Below are positions 40,024 through 51,952 of a DNA stretch of 64,000 nucleotides, piece after piece. The notes beneath the pieces were generated by a model, which saw nothing but the letters and a program-made list of their open reading frames with translations, did no database searches and was not told where the DNA came from. A program made the position numbers and the translations under genes. This stretch comes from an uncultured Gammaproteobacteria bacterium (GTDB lineage: Bacteria > Pseudomonadota > Gammaproteobacteria > Berkiellales > Berkiellaceae), in assembly GCA_964395835.1 (NCBI GenBank), contig CAYNBJ010000006.1:28912-92911 (forward strand), given 5' to 3'. Position 1 is the stretch's first letter, and each line of letters starts with the position of its first letter.

Positions 40024-42125
40024 CTTAAAAAATCCTTACACAAACTATAGCGAAAAGTTTTGAGTCCTAATCGGGCAAAACGGACAGAAATAATATCAGC
40101 ACCTGGATCGCATGCAATAATTTGTCCATGTCCAAAATATGGATGCTCTAATACAGTATATTGAAAGCCACCATCCATATTTTTTATAGAGCGCTGTGCA
40201 TGTGCAAGGCTTGTTTTTTGGCTAGAGAAACTCTCATAATGCGAATCCAAATCTTTCAGAAACGGAGTAATTGTGTTATAAATCAATCGGTCATACCGCT
40301 GTCTCTGTTGTGCACAAGATAAATACAATTTTTTTTTGGCGCGCGTAATAGCTACGTAAAAAAGTCTTCTCTCTTCTTCAATATCATCATTGCTCAAGCT
40401 TTGTTCATGTGGAAAGAGATTGTTTTCCAAACCAATCAGAAAAACATACGGCCATTCTAAGCCTTTAGCGCCATGACAGGTGGATAGTGTCAAAAAAGAG
40501 ACTGGCTCACTTTCCTGAACAGAGGTATCATCAAGAACATAATCAGACAAAAAGGCGCCGATCTTATCTCTCCGTGAGACAATCTGCGCTTCCTCATCGG
40601 CTTGAAATCCCGATTCATAGTCCCTTAAAGCTAAATATAATTGATATAAATTATCAGCCTTATTTTCTCCTTGATCGGTTTTTTCATAAGCACTGAGCAA
40701 GTTTGTTTGCGAAACAATCAGTGTGGAAAAATCACAAATGGGCAAAGTTTCCATAAAATTCTCAAGATATTCTAACAGATCTATCAAAGCATGTAAGGCT
40801 TTTTGAGTGCTTGCACTCAGACTAGGCAGAACCGCAAGAAGTGCGTCCCAATAGGAAAGGACATGTTCTGCAGCATAAGCCTGTATGATATCTTGAGTTT
40901 TTTGGCCAATTTTTCGAGCCGGTTTGTTGATAATGCGCTCTAAAGCTAAAGATTGACGGCGATCAACGAGAACTTGCAAATAACTCATGATATCTCTGAT
41001 CTCTTCGCGCTCAAAAAAAGGCATGCCTCCTGAAACACGATACGGCCATTGATACTTACGTGCCTCGCCTTCAAAAAGGCGCGATAAAGCGTTGGAACGA
41101 TAGAGCACTGCAATTTCGCTGTGCAACACACCCTGATGCAAAAGTTTATGTATCTGTTGACACACACCATGGGCTTCTTCATATTCATTTGCATAGATTT
41201 TTAAAAATGGCTTTTCAGAATCAGCGTTTGCAGTCCATAATTCCTTACCCAAACGATTTGTATTTTGTGAAATCACTGCGTTCGCAAGAGATAAAATCGA
41301 AGGCGTAGAGCGATAATTTTGTTCCAATTTAATTGTCCACAAATTGTCAAGAGACAACGAGAGTGTTCTGATAATGGAAACATCTGCTCCTCTAAATCCA
41401 TAAATTGACTGATCATCATCACCTACAAAAGTGCCTTTTGCGCCTTTTTTCAGTAAGGCCATAATCCATCGATATTGCATGGGATTTGTGTCTTGAAACT
41501 CATCAACTAAAATATGATTCAATTGAATATGGTCTGCATGATGAAAAAATGGACTTTCAAAAAGCTGCACTGCTTTTTCAATCAAGCCATCAAAATCGAG
41601 CAAATCATGGGTGTTCAGGTATTCCAAATACTTTTGCACTAGCGCCGTCCAGCGCTCATCTTGAGGCCAAAGATGAGTTTTGTAATAAGATGAAAGGACT
41701 CCTAGAGCATGTTTATGCGAAAAAGCATCTTTTTCTACAAAATTTAACTGTCCAAATAAAGACTTGAAAATTTTTTTTTGTTCTGTGGGTGTAATAATCT
41801 GAAAAGATGGCTTCAGTCCAACCTCTTGTGCATAACGTCTCAAAAACACATGTGAGATACGGTGAAAAGTCCCTACCGCAATCCGTGCAGCTGAATGCCC
41901 TGCAACGTGCTCGAGACGCTCTTTCATCTCTTTAGCAGCTTTATTGGTAAAAGTAACCGCTATAATTGAATGAGGCGCCATACCATGAGAAAGATCGTAC
42001 GCGATTTTAGAAATCAGCGTCTTTGTTTTTCCAGATCCTGCTCCAGCAAGAATCAACAAATAACGTCCTGCATAAAAGACAGCCTCTTTTTGCTGCGCAT
42101 TCAGATCATGCACTAACGAAGTCAT
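40020..42125 (-). CDS. uvrD: ATP-dependent DNA helicase UvrD (SF1, UvrD/Rep family)
   Basis: AGAGSGKTKTLISKIAY, VTFTNKAAKEMKERL, VDEFQDTN and TCHGAKGLEW. The C-terminal V.H..FG.G.I motif (YTVLEHPYFGHGQII...VRFARLGLKTF) is found in UvrD/PcrA but not Rep. ATGA overlap with polA. Confidence 0.8.
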   Translation of the reverse strand: MTSLVHDLNAQQKEAVFYAGRYLLILAGAGSGKTKTLISKIAYDLSHGMAPHSIIAVTFTNKAAKEMKERLEHVAGHSAARIAVGTFHRISHVFLRRYAQEVGLKPSFQIITPTEQKKIFKSLFGQLNFVEKDAFSHKHALGVLSSYYKTHLWPQDERWTALVQKYLEYLNTHDLLDFDGLIEKAVQLFESPFFHHADHIQLNHILVDEFQDTNPMQYRWIMALLKKGAKGTFVGDDDQSIYGFRGADVSIIRTLSLSLDNLWTIKLEQNYRSTPSILSLANAVISQNTNRLGKELWTANADSEKPFLKIYANEYEEAHGVCQQIHKLLHQGVLHSEIAVLYRSNALSRLFEGEARKYQWPYRVSGGMPFFEREEIRDIMSYLQVLVDRRQSLALERIINKPARKIGQKTQDIIQAYAAEHVLSYWDALLAVLPSLSASTQKALHALIDLLEYLENFMETLPICDFSTLIVSQTNLLSAYEKTDQGENKADNLYQLYLALRDYESGFQADEEAQIVSRRDKIGAFLSDYVLDDTSVQESEPVSFLTLSTCHGAKGLEWPYVFLIGLENNLFPHEQSLSNDDIEEERRLFYVAITRAKKKLYLSCAQQRQRYDRLIYNTITPFLKDLDSHYESFSSQKTSLAHAQRSIKNMDGGFQYTVLEHPYFGHGQIIACDPGADIISVRFARLGLKTFRYSLCKDFLR

Positions 42126-42198
42126 ATTGTCTCGAAATAAGCCATATAGTCAGCTTTTATTGTACCGCTTTAGGCTCTTTTTTGCGAATTTTAGACTC

Positions 42199-42624
42199 TT
42201 AGTGCTGGGCATTAATCCCTGATTCTTTCATCATATAGACGATCGCATCTTTAATGTCTTGTTCTGTGCATTTTACACAATGCCCCTTAGCTGGCATACC
42301 TTTATAGCCTTGCAACGCTCTTTGCATAATCAGAGGCCATCCTTGATCATAGCGTTCTTGCCATTGAAGCTGATTCCCAACTTTGGGAGCACCTGCAATA
42401 CCATTTCCATGACAGGTATGACAGTATTTTTTATACACTGTCACACCTGGAGCTTCTTTCGATGACTGTTCTGGCGGCGATTTTTGTGCAAGATTTCCAT
42501 CACTGAGAACCACAGGTGCCTGTGCTTGAAATCGTGCAATACTCGCTTCGATAGATAGGTCCTCTTTTTGATGATACGCATACAGAAAAGAACAGCTGAG
42601 TAATACAATCCATCTACAAAGCAT
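42199..42624 (-). CDS. c-type cytochrome (cytochrome c5 family)
   Basis: Signal peptide, a single CHTCH heme-binding site, and a GHCVKC Cys pair as in cytochrome c5. Confidence 0.8.
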   Translation of the reverse strand: MLCRWIVLLSCSFLYAYHQKEDLSIEASIARFQAQAPVVLSDGNLAQKSPPEQSSKEAPGVTVYKKYCHTCHGNGIAGAPKVGNQLQWQERYDQGWPLIMQRALQGYKGMPAKGHCVKCTEQDIKDAIVYMMKESGINAQH

Positions 42625-42648
42625 ACAATATCTTCCTTATTCCTATGA

Positions 42649-44613
42649 TTATCCGTGTACAATTCTATCTTCAGAAAAAGTAATATCGGTTTTTGAGCCT
42701 TCAATCATGAGAATATCCCCTTCTTGCAAAATGACATCACCCTGAGGCTCTTGGCTGGTACGAATCCCTCTCCGAGTAAAGGATCGAATGACAGCAGGAA
42801 AAGATTTTGATTTGACAGTATCTACTGTTTGACCACAAGCAAAACACTCGGCAGAAATCACTACAGCATGTAAAATAGTAGCGCTCATCTCAGGCATGCG
42901 CTGAGGTGCCTGATAAAAAAACCTCATCATTTGATAACGATAACTTTTTATATGTGCAATTTTTTGCTGAACCAGATCAACCGGCAAGCCCAATAACAAA
43001 AGCATATGCGAAGCGATCATCAACGATCCTTCTAAAGCTTCCGGAATGACCTCTGTAGCACCAGATTGCTGTAATGTTGTCAAATAACGATCATCTCTGG
43101 TTCGTACTAAAACAGGGACAGTGGGATGATGTGAGCGAATGAGCTTCAGCATTCTTCGAGCACGATGTGCATCATCAAAAGTAATGACAATCAAACGCGC
43201 ATGAATTAATCCAGCTGAAAGCAAAGTTTCTTCTTTTGTTGCATCGCCATAATAGATAGGTTCCTGCGCATTAAGAGCCTCAGCCAATCTCTCAGGATCG
43301 TTTTCAATCCCTACAAAATCAATATTTTCTTGCTCCAAAAACAAAGCGAGAGATTGGCCTGTGCGTCCATATCCACATAAAATGACATGATCTCGCATCT
43401 GTCTGTGATTGACGACATCATCAAGTGCAATAGGTTTTGTTTTGGCCACTTTTTTCAAAAAAATCTGTGCTATTTTTTCGCTTTTTCTAATTAAAATAGG
43501 GGCAACACCGATAGAAAAAATGACGACCGAAGTAATAATATTCAATAACTCTGGGCTGAGCAAAGCGCTTGATGTTTCAATCGCCAAAATCGCAAACCCA
43601 AACTCGCCTCCTTGCGCAAGAGCAAGACCGGCTTTAAATGCCGTCACGCGATCATGGTTGCCGACAAAGCGCGCCAAAAGATAGACAACGAGTGTTTTAA
43701 TGACAACGAGCGCGATCACCAAAGAGAAAATTGTATAAAAATGCATAATCAATATGTAAGGTTGCAAATGAATCCCTACAGTCACAAAGAACAATCCCAG
43801 TAAGACATCGCGAAACGGCTGAATATCGCTTTCTATCTGATGAGCATACTGTGTCTCGGCTAACATTACCCCTGCTAAAAAAGCACCTAGCTCTTTGCTC
43901 AGCCCAACCATGTCCGTCACAGCACCTGATAAAAGTGCCACTAGTAAGGTTGCGAGCATAAAAAGCTCTGAGGATTTTGCAGAAGCAACAATATGATACA
44001 AAGGACGCAAAATAAATCGCCCAGCTACTAAAAGGCCTGAAACAACTAAAATGGCTGTTGGGAGCAAAGTGTACAAATCAGACGATGAAAACCCAGCATG
44101 TTGCCCAGCTTCGCCCAAAGAAGGAATAATAATTAAAAATGGAACCGCGGCTAAATCCTGAAATAATAAAATACTTAAAACTAATTGCCCATATCGCGAC
44201 TGCAACTCTCCCTGCTCAAGCAATTGCTTTGTCACAACGGCAGTAGAAGACAAGGTTAAGGCTCCAGCAACAGCAATCGCGCCACCAAGAGACAAGCCAA
44301 ATCCATAAAAGCCTATCCCAATAATAATAAGAGTCGTGAGTAAAACTTGACCGCCACCAAGAGTAATCAGATTTCTTCGCATAGAGATCAGCTTTGGAAC
44401 CGATAGCTCCAGCCCAATCATGAATAACAAAAACACGACTCCAAATTCAGAAATCGTTTCTAACTCAGGGCGAGCTTGAACAAAACCTAACCAATTAGGA
44501 GAAACCAACATCCCTGTTAATAAGTATCCCAAAATTGCAGGCAAAGAAAACTTGCGCAATAACGACACTGAGAACACACTGATCAGAAGAATGATTAATA
44601 GGTCTTGAAACAT
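42649..44613 (-). CDS. Monovalent cation:proton antiporter-2 (CPA2) family K+ efflux protein with RCK (TrkA-N/TrkA-C) domains
   Basis: MFQDLLIILLISVFSVSLLRKFSLPAILGYLLTGMLVSP is a typical KefB/KefC/YbaL N-terminus. There are about 12 transmembrane segments, then Rossmann VILCGYGRTGQ and a C-terminal TrkA-C-like region. The start at ATG 44613 has a GGGAGA Shine-Dalgarno. The 96 upstream in-frame codons in the ORF track look non-coding. Confidence 0.85.
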   Translation of the reverse strand: MFQDLLIILLISVFSVSLLRKFSLPAILGYLLTGMLVSPNWLGFVQARPELETISEFGVVFLLFMIGLELSVPKLISMRRNLITLGGGQVLLTTLIIIGIGFYGFGLSLGGAIAVAGALTLSSTAVVTKQLLEQGELQSRYGQLVLSILLFQDLAAVPFLIIIPSLGEAGQHAGFSSSDLYTLLPTAILVVSGLLVAGRFILRPLYHIVASAKSSELFMLATLLVALLSGAVTDMVGLSKELGAFLAGVMLAETQYAHQIESDIQPFRDVLLGLFFVTVGIHLQPYILIMHFYTIFSLVIALVVIKTLVVYLLARFVGNHDRVTAFKAGLALAQGGEFGFAILAIETSSALLSPELLNIITSVVIFSIGVAPILIRKSEKIAQIFLKKVAKTKPIALDDVVNHRQMRDHVILCGYGRTGQSLALFLEQENIDFVGIENDPERLAEALNAQEPIYYGDATKEETLLSAGLIHARLIVITFDDAHRARRMLKLIRSHHPTVPVLVRTRDDRYLTTLQQSGATEVIPEALEGSLMIASHMLLLLGLPVDLVQQKIAHIKSYRYQMMRFFYQAPQRMPEMSATILHAVVISAECFACGQTVDTVKSKSFPAVIRSFTRRGIRTSQEPQGDVILQEGDILMIEGSKTDITFSEDRIVHG

Positions 44614-44986
44614 TATGCTTTTCTCCCGAGAGGTCTTAGAATCATAGGTAATTGTGTGATTATACCATAAATTGTCTCTTATCGATCGCATCCAAGAGAT
44701 ATTAAGTTGATATAAGAAGGCACGATCTAATATAATGATAGACAAAAGCTTCAGATTCAGCGATGTTCTCAACGATAATCGTTGTTTCCGATTTTTCAGG
44801 TGAAAAATCGAAATGAAGCGAAAGTTTATGATTAGAATCTTATCTAAACTGCTATGTATTGTATCGTTGAAACAGACTATTTTCAATTTGATGAGGCACA
44901 CTCATAACAGCCCATCTTTTTGAAAAACATATACTTTCTCAAGAAGAGCTTATCCCTCTTCCGATCCTGCTGTTCAAGGAGATATT

Positions 44987-45511
44987 ATGAGACCATTAAA
45001 TTTATACCTCGTAGGGCCAATGGGTGCAGGAAAAAGCACAATCGGAAAACACCTGGCAAGAGAGCTAAATATTGAATTTTATGACACAGATCAAGTCATT
45101 GAAGAACGCTCTGGAGCTGATATTGGCTGGATCTTTGATGTTGAAGGCGAAGATGGCTTTCGTAAAAGAGAGCGCAAAGTTATCGATGAACTATCGCAAC
45201 GCGTAGGCATTGTTTTGGCAACAGGTGGCGGAGCTATTTTAGATCCTGAAAACAGGAATCGTTTAGCAGCACGCGGAACAGTCGTATATTTATATACAAC
45301 AGTTGAACAACAAATGAAAAGAACTATGCGCGACAAACGTAGACCAGAATTACAACAAGAAAATTTTGGATCTGACGACATGCTTGAACTCATGCAAGAA
45401 CGTGACCCGCTCTACAGGGAAATTGCAGATATTATTGTAGAAACAGATGGAAGAACAGTACGCTCAGTTGCTGCAGAAGTCATTCGCATGTTGGATGAAG
45501 TAATGAGTTAA
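44987..45511 (+). CDS. aroK: Shikimate kinase
   Basis: [13 protein letters not shown]-loop, DTD, LATGGGA, 174 aa. Confidence 0.92.
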   Translation: MRPLNLYLVGPMGAGKSTIGKHLARELNIEFYDTDQVIEERSGADIGWIFDVEGEDGFRKRERKVIDELSQRVGIVLATGGGAILDPENRNRLAARGTVVYLYTTVEQQMKRTMRDKRRPELQQENFGSDDMLELMQERDPLYREIADIIVETDGRTVRSVAAEVIRMLDEVMS

Positions 45512-45514
45512 CCG

Positions 45515-46453
45515 CTAGTAACATTCCGCTAAAATAATCAACTGACTCTTCGAGCCCTGATCATAATGAAAAAATGGAATTAGGGCCTGAGGTAGTATTT
45601 TCAAAAACGACAAAGACCCCTGATCATGGACCCAGCTCCACTGCCCAGCACTGCCTAAAAATACAAGCTGATTTCTTTCAATAGGGATTTTGGTTTTCAA
45701 CACATTAGATTGACTTGGCATCGCATGATTATCCAACGACCTTAATGACATTTTTTGAGAAAGCTCCAATTCTAGTGCCAATCCACTTTGGCCCTCTTTA
45801 TAGATTTGTAGGACCAATGTGAGGTCTATTTGCTGAGAATTTTGCGCCTGATTTCCCGACAAACGAAAATCATCACATAAATGCAGAAACGATTTCTTTC
45901 CTGTTTGTGTCACAAGACGCGGGCTAGCAATGAGCGTCACACCATGGGTACGCTCCATCTCTAGCAATAATGCTGCGATGCCTTCTTTCCAATTTTTCAG
46001 AACATGTGCACTTTCATACAGAAGATGAGATAAAAAATTTTCAATTTCATGCTCCTGCACAACCAAACAATATAACGTAATTGTATAAGTTGGCTTGGGA
46101 ACATCCATCAGCTGAACCCACGACTCTAAAAGACTCAAATCGTTTTGATTCGAAGCAATCAACAATAAAGATGCACTTTGCTCTATAGGACAAATCCTAC
46201 ATTTAGTACAGGGTAATTTAGAAGCTTGTGTATACTCATGCGCTGCAGTGTGTTGCAACACATAGGACTTAGAATAGGTTCTGTTGAGATTTTCTTTCAA
46301 TTGATTTCGCATTGCAGGCTCAGCGCAAGACAATGAAAGTAGCATGAAAAACGATATTATCCTCCTGAGGATAACAAGACCATGAAGAATCCAGAATCGT
46401 ATTGTGATCTTCAAGAAATTGAAAAAATTTTGCATATTCACTGCGCGGTACAA
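45515..46453 (-). CDS. Miniature secretin-family protein (PilQ/GspD-like; one N-domain plus secretin domain; start uncertain)
   Basis: By-eye match to the secretin domain pattern: ALLLEMERTHGVTLIASPRLVTQTGKKSFLHL, IDLTLVLQIYKEGQSGLALELELS, NVLKTKIPIERNQLVFLGS, LKILPQALIPFFHYDQGSKSQLIILAECY. It also matches a secretin N-domain (YVLQHTAAHEY...SASLLLIASNQNDLSLLESWVQLMDVPKPTYTITLYCLVVQ). It neighbours aroK, as pilQ does in many proteobacteria. It is only about 270-310 aa, against 400-700 for known secretins. Confidence 0.6.
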   Translation of the reverse strand: MYRAVNMQNFFNFLKITIRFWILHGLVILRRIISFFMLLSLSCAEPAMRNQLKENLNRTYSKSYVLQHTAAHEYTQASKLPCTKCRICPIEQSASLLLIASNQNDLSLLESWVQLMDVPKPTYTITLYCLVVQEHEIENFLSHLLYESAHVLKNWKEGIAALLLEMERTHGVTLIASPRLVTQTGKKSFLHLCDDFRLSGNQAQNSQQIDLTLVLQIYKEGQSGLALELELSQKMSLRSLDNHAMPSQSNVLKTKIPIERNQLVFLGSAGQWSWVHDQGSLSFLKILPQALIPFFHYDQGSKSQLIILAECY

Positions 46454-46640
46454 TCCATTTGAGGGTCCATTTGTGTTCCATCATATCTATATGCGATTTT
46501 GAAGGGAGCTGCATCTGACAGGTCACCAAGTTTCCACCATAAGACTCAAGCACCCCTGAAAATATTTCACAATGCTGATCGGCATTTTCAGCGTAATTCC
46601 AACTCAAGAGAAACAACGCTGTCAGAATTTTTATGATCAA
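46320..46640 (-). CDS. Small predicted exported protein (possible PilO/PilP-like partner, or 5' fragment of a frameshifted secretin gene)
   Basis: TTG start with a signal-peptide-like MIIKILTALFLLSWNYAENA. The C-terminal SEYAKFFQFLEDHNTILDSSWSCYPQEDNIVFHATFIVL resembles the Y..l..Fl..l....v.i..l.l pattern of PilO/GspM-type ferredoxin-like domains. It overlaps both neighbouring ORFs. Confidence 0.4.
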   Translation of the reverse strand: MIIKILTALFLLSWNYAENADQHCEIFSGVLESYGGNLVTCQMQLPSKSHIDMMEHKWTLKWIVPRSEYAKFFQFLEDHNTILDSSWSCYPQEDNIVFHATFIVLR

Positions 46641-47049
46641 TTTTTAATATTTTATAGTGATAAAGCTCCTGAGGCCAGAGTATTGTGATTACAGAGAAAT
46701 CACAAGGTTTTTCTATAAGCATTTCACAAAAATATTTTTCTTTTTTCATAGAAAGTTTTTTTAAAAAACAACAAGAAGGGACATCGGTCTCTATCCGATC
46801 TATGACTTTTAAAGAGCATTGATGCTTTTTTATATATGCATAGCGTCGATTTTTCTGTAACTGTTGATTATATGATGTTAACTGCTCTTGATGTTTTACA
46901 GAATCCGACAAAGGTCTCTCTTTTTTTTTCAATGAGGAGAGCAAGCCTGCTAAAAAAATACCAATCACAATATAAACAACTATAAAAACAAAACGATAAA
47001 AAGATTCGTGTTTTTTAAACATGATTGTATTTCTCAGATCATATGGCAT
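46588..47049 (-). CDS. Bitopic membrane protein (possible PilN/PilO-like alignment-complex component)
   Basis: A short cytoplasmic N-terminus, one transmembrane segment (FVFIVVYIVIGIFLAGLLSSL), a coiled-coil-like QEQLTSYNQQLQKNRR, then a roughly 80-aa Cys-rich domain. Topology and size fit PilN/PilO, but the INLLP motif is absent. Confidence 0.4.
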   Translation of the reverse strand: MPYDLRNTIMFKKHESFYRFVFIVVYIVIGIFLAGLLSSLKKKERPLSDSVKHQEQLTSYNQQLQKNRRYAYIKKHQCSLKVIDRIETDVPSCCFLKKLSMKKEKYFCEMLIEKPCDFSVITILWPQELYHYKILKIDHKNSDSVVSLELELR

Positions 47050-47071
47050 CGCTCACACAAAGCGATGCCAT
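47043..47071 (-). promoter_or_regulatory. Perfect 10-bp stem hairpin overlapping the first ATG of the 46588-47049 ORF
   Basis: ATGGCATCGC (47043-47052) and GCGATGCCAT (47062-47071) with a 9-nt loop. On the minus-strand RNA the 3' arm contains the ORF's ATG (47049-47047). No U-tract follows. Confidence 0.45.
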
Positions 47072-47193
47072 CCTTCTCCACAGAGATGTGCGCTTGTTAA
47101 GAAAACATCCGCAAAGCCTGATCAAATTTTGAAGACTTGATATAACGTAAATTCACTCAAAAAACCAATCACCAATGTGACACGTCATTTTAA

Positions 47194-47591
47194 TTATTTT
47201 AAACGGTCCCCAGCACCTTTAATGGACTGCAAATCAATAAAATAACGAGACAACTCGGAATACAAATCGTGGAAAGATTTTTTCTTTTGCCGATCCTGAG
47301 CCATAGGATTTTGAGATAAAGCATTTTTTTTGTGCGAGAGTGGAGTTTCTGAACATCTGTCTGCCAGAATCACAACATGATTATTACGCACTTCTACAAT
47401 ACCACCTAAAGTGAAAAATTGATGCTTTTTTTCATGCTGCTGATATTCAATCACGCCTTGCAAGACTGATGCGATAAATGGTGCATGGTCTTTTAAAATA
47501 CCCACCTGTCCTGCAGGACCAGAAAACTTTATAAAATCAATATTCGCTTCTAAAAAGACACCCTGTAGAGACACGACAAGCAATCGTAGCA

Positions 47592-47592
<1 letters not shown>
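47194..47592 (-). CDS. atpC: F1 ATP synthase subunit epsilon
   Basis: 132 aa. The N-terminal beta-sandwich pattern (LLVVSLQGVFLEANIDFIKFSGPAGQVGILKDHAPFI) and its position after atpD support the call. Confidence 0.9.
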
Positions 47593-49859
<2,267 letters not shown>

Positions 49860-49863
<4 letters not shown>

Positions 49864-51410
49864 GCAAAAACTCCTTGCTCTTTTGCATCGCTTAAAATTG
49901 TTTCTAAATTTTTTATTGTTTCTGGGGTGTATTGAGGATGCGCTGTAATTTCATCTACGATTTTTTTGTAATGATGAATTGCAAATTCATAGAGACGATT
50001 CTCAACAAAAGAAATTTTGTCTTTTGGCACGCTATCAAAAGCACCCTTTTCCAGTGAAAAAAGCATCAATGCTATTAAAGAAACAGCTAATGGCTGATAT
50101 TGTTTTTGTTTTAACAACTCAACCACTCTCTCTCCACGATCTAATTGTTTTTTTGTTGCATCATCTAAATCAGAAGCAAACTGCGCAAATGCAGCAAGCT
50201 CGCGATATTGTGCAAGAACCAATCTCACTTTAGATCCTAATTTTTTTATTAGGTCAGTTTGGGCAGCCCCACCGACTCGCGAAACAGATAAACCAGGATT
50301 CACTGCAGGGCGAATGCCTGCGTAAAACAAATCAGTTTCTAAAAAAATCTGACCGTCTGTAATAGAAATCACGTTCGTAGGAACAAACGCTGAGACATCT
50401 CCAGCTTGGGTTTCAATAATGGGTAATGCGGTCAAAGAGCCTGTTTTCACCGCTAGAAAATCTGGACCTTGTGTTCTTTGAATATATTCAATAGAAACAC
50501 GTGCTGCTCGCTCTAATAAACGTGAATGAAGATAAAAAATATCTCCAGGATATGCTTCTCTTCCAGGTGGCCGACGCAATAACAAGGAAATCTGACGATA
50601 AGCCCATGCATGTTTTGTGAGGTCATCATAGATAATCAATGCATCTTCACCGCGATCGCGAAAATACTCACCCATAGCACATCCTGCATATGGAGCAATA
50701 TACTGCAAAGCTGCTGAATCTGAAGCACTCGCATTAACAATGACCGTGTTCGCAAGAGCACCATACTCTTTCAGCTTTTGTTGAATATAAGACACGGTAG
50801 AGTTTTTTTGACCAATAGCAACATAAACGCAACGAACACCACTACGTACCTGATTAATAATCGTATCAATTGCTATTGCTGTTTTTCCAACTTGACGATC
50901 ACCAATAATCAACTCTCTTTGTCCAAGACCAACTGGTACCATAATATCGAGCGCCTTAATCCCTGTAGGCAAAGACTCGGAAACAGAAACACGATCAATA
51001 ACACCAGGTGCTGGTCGCTCTATTTCTAAAAAATCATCAGCGACAATCTCGCCAAGCCCATCAATCGGCAGGCCCAAAGGATTGACAACACGTCCCAAAA
51101 GACTCGGTCCAACTGGGACCTTTAACAGCTCTTCACTGCTATATACAATATCTCCCTCTTTGATTTCAGAGCTATCCCCTAAAACCATCAAACCAACATT
51201 GTCATATTCTAAATTCATAACAAGAGCAAGAATTTTTTTATCGCCGATAAAGACCTTTTCAGCAACCATTGCCTGTCTGAGGCCATAAGCCACAACGATA
51301 GAATCGGTCATTTTTAAAACATAGCCAACTTTTTGTAATTTCAGATTTTCATCAAGCTCTTCAATGTTTTTTTGCAAAGCCAATGCAATATCTTCTGCGT
51401 ATGATTTCAT
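49860..51410 (-). CDS. atpA: F1 ATP synthase subunit alpha
   Basis: [15 protein letters not shown] Walker A and [27 protein letters not shown]. The start is at ATG 51410 (MKSYAEDI), and the ORF-track 27-codon extension overlaps atpH. Confidence 0.96.
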
Positions 51411-51415
51411 TATAA

Positions 51416-51949
51416 TTATCCTTTTTGCAAGATATACAAATATTGTTTTAAACGGCTCAAAGCACGCATATCGAAATATAAGTCGCGCCATTGTGCGACA
51501 AAACCTGCCCCCATAGATGGGGTGAATTGGTGATAAACCTCAAAATTCCAACCACGTGCATCATGGCTCTTATGGAAAAAATTCCGAATTTTTTCGATGG
51601 TGTTGACATTTAATACATTTTCAGAGCTCACTAAAATCAGACCACAACCAAGATCATCTTCAAGCCGAACTAAAAAGGCACGCAAGACATCTAATCGCTC
51701 CTGAGGCTGAAAAATTTTTGCAAAGACACAAAAAAGTTCTTTACGATCTTGGCCAAGATTTGGAAACACCCTCTCTAAAATCAGCTCATTTTCATGCTCA
51801 GAACGCTCTTTTTTAAAAAATTGCTGAACAAAAGGATCTGTAAAAAACTCCAAAAATCTCCAAACCAACGAAAGATCTGTTACAGAAAAATTCATATCTT
51901 TTTTTTGGTGATAAAGTCTCTTTGCACAAGCCCATGTATTCATAACCAT
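51416..51949 (-). CDS. atpH: F1 ATP synthase subunit delta (divergent OSCP family)
   Basis: Position between atpF and atpA and 177 aa. The C-terminal pattern [22 protein letters not shown]...[26 protein letters not shown] resembles the delta-subunit consensus (...v.sA..L......i......vdp.liGG..i..gd..iD.S....L). Confidence 0.75.
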   Translation of the reverse strand: MVMNTWACAKRLYHQKKDMNFSVTDLSLVWRFLEFFTDPFVQQFFKKERSEHENELILERVFPNLGQDRKELFCVFAKIFQPQERLDVLRAFLVRLEDDLGCGLILVSSENVLNVNTIEKIRNFFHKSHDARGWNFEVYHQFTPSMGAGFVAQWRDLYFDMRALSRLKQYLYILQKG

Positions 51950-51952
51950 CTC

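Noticed and set aside
42441-42704. 87-aa minus-strand ORF bridging the cytochrome c5 start and the CPA2 gene end
   Set aside because: It overlaps two well-supported genes in other frames and has no independent support.
44796-44822. Small hairpin CGATTTTT-CAGGTG-AAAAATCG in the CPA2-gene/aroK divergent spacer
   Set aside because: It is an AT-only 8-bp stem in AT-rich DNA with no flanking context suggesting function. It is likely a chance occurrence.
44614-44901. 96-codon N-terminal extension of the CPA2 K+ efflux ORF (ORF track start at 44901)
   Set aside because: The extension is low-complexity Ile/Leu/Lys/Asn-rich text typical of AT-rich non-coding DNA. A canonical KefB-type N-terminus with a GGGAGA Shine-Dalgarno begins at 44613.
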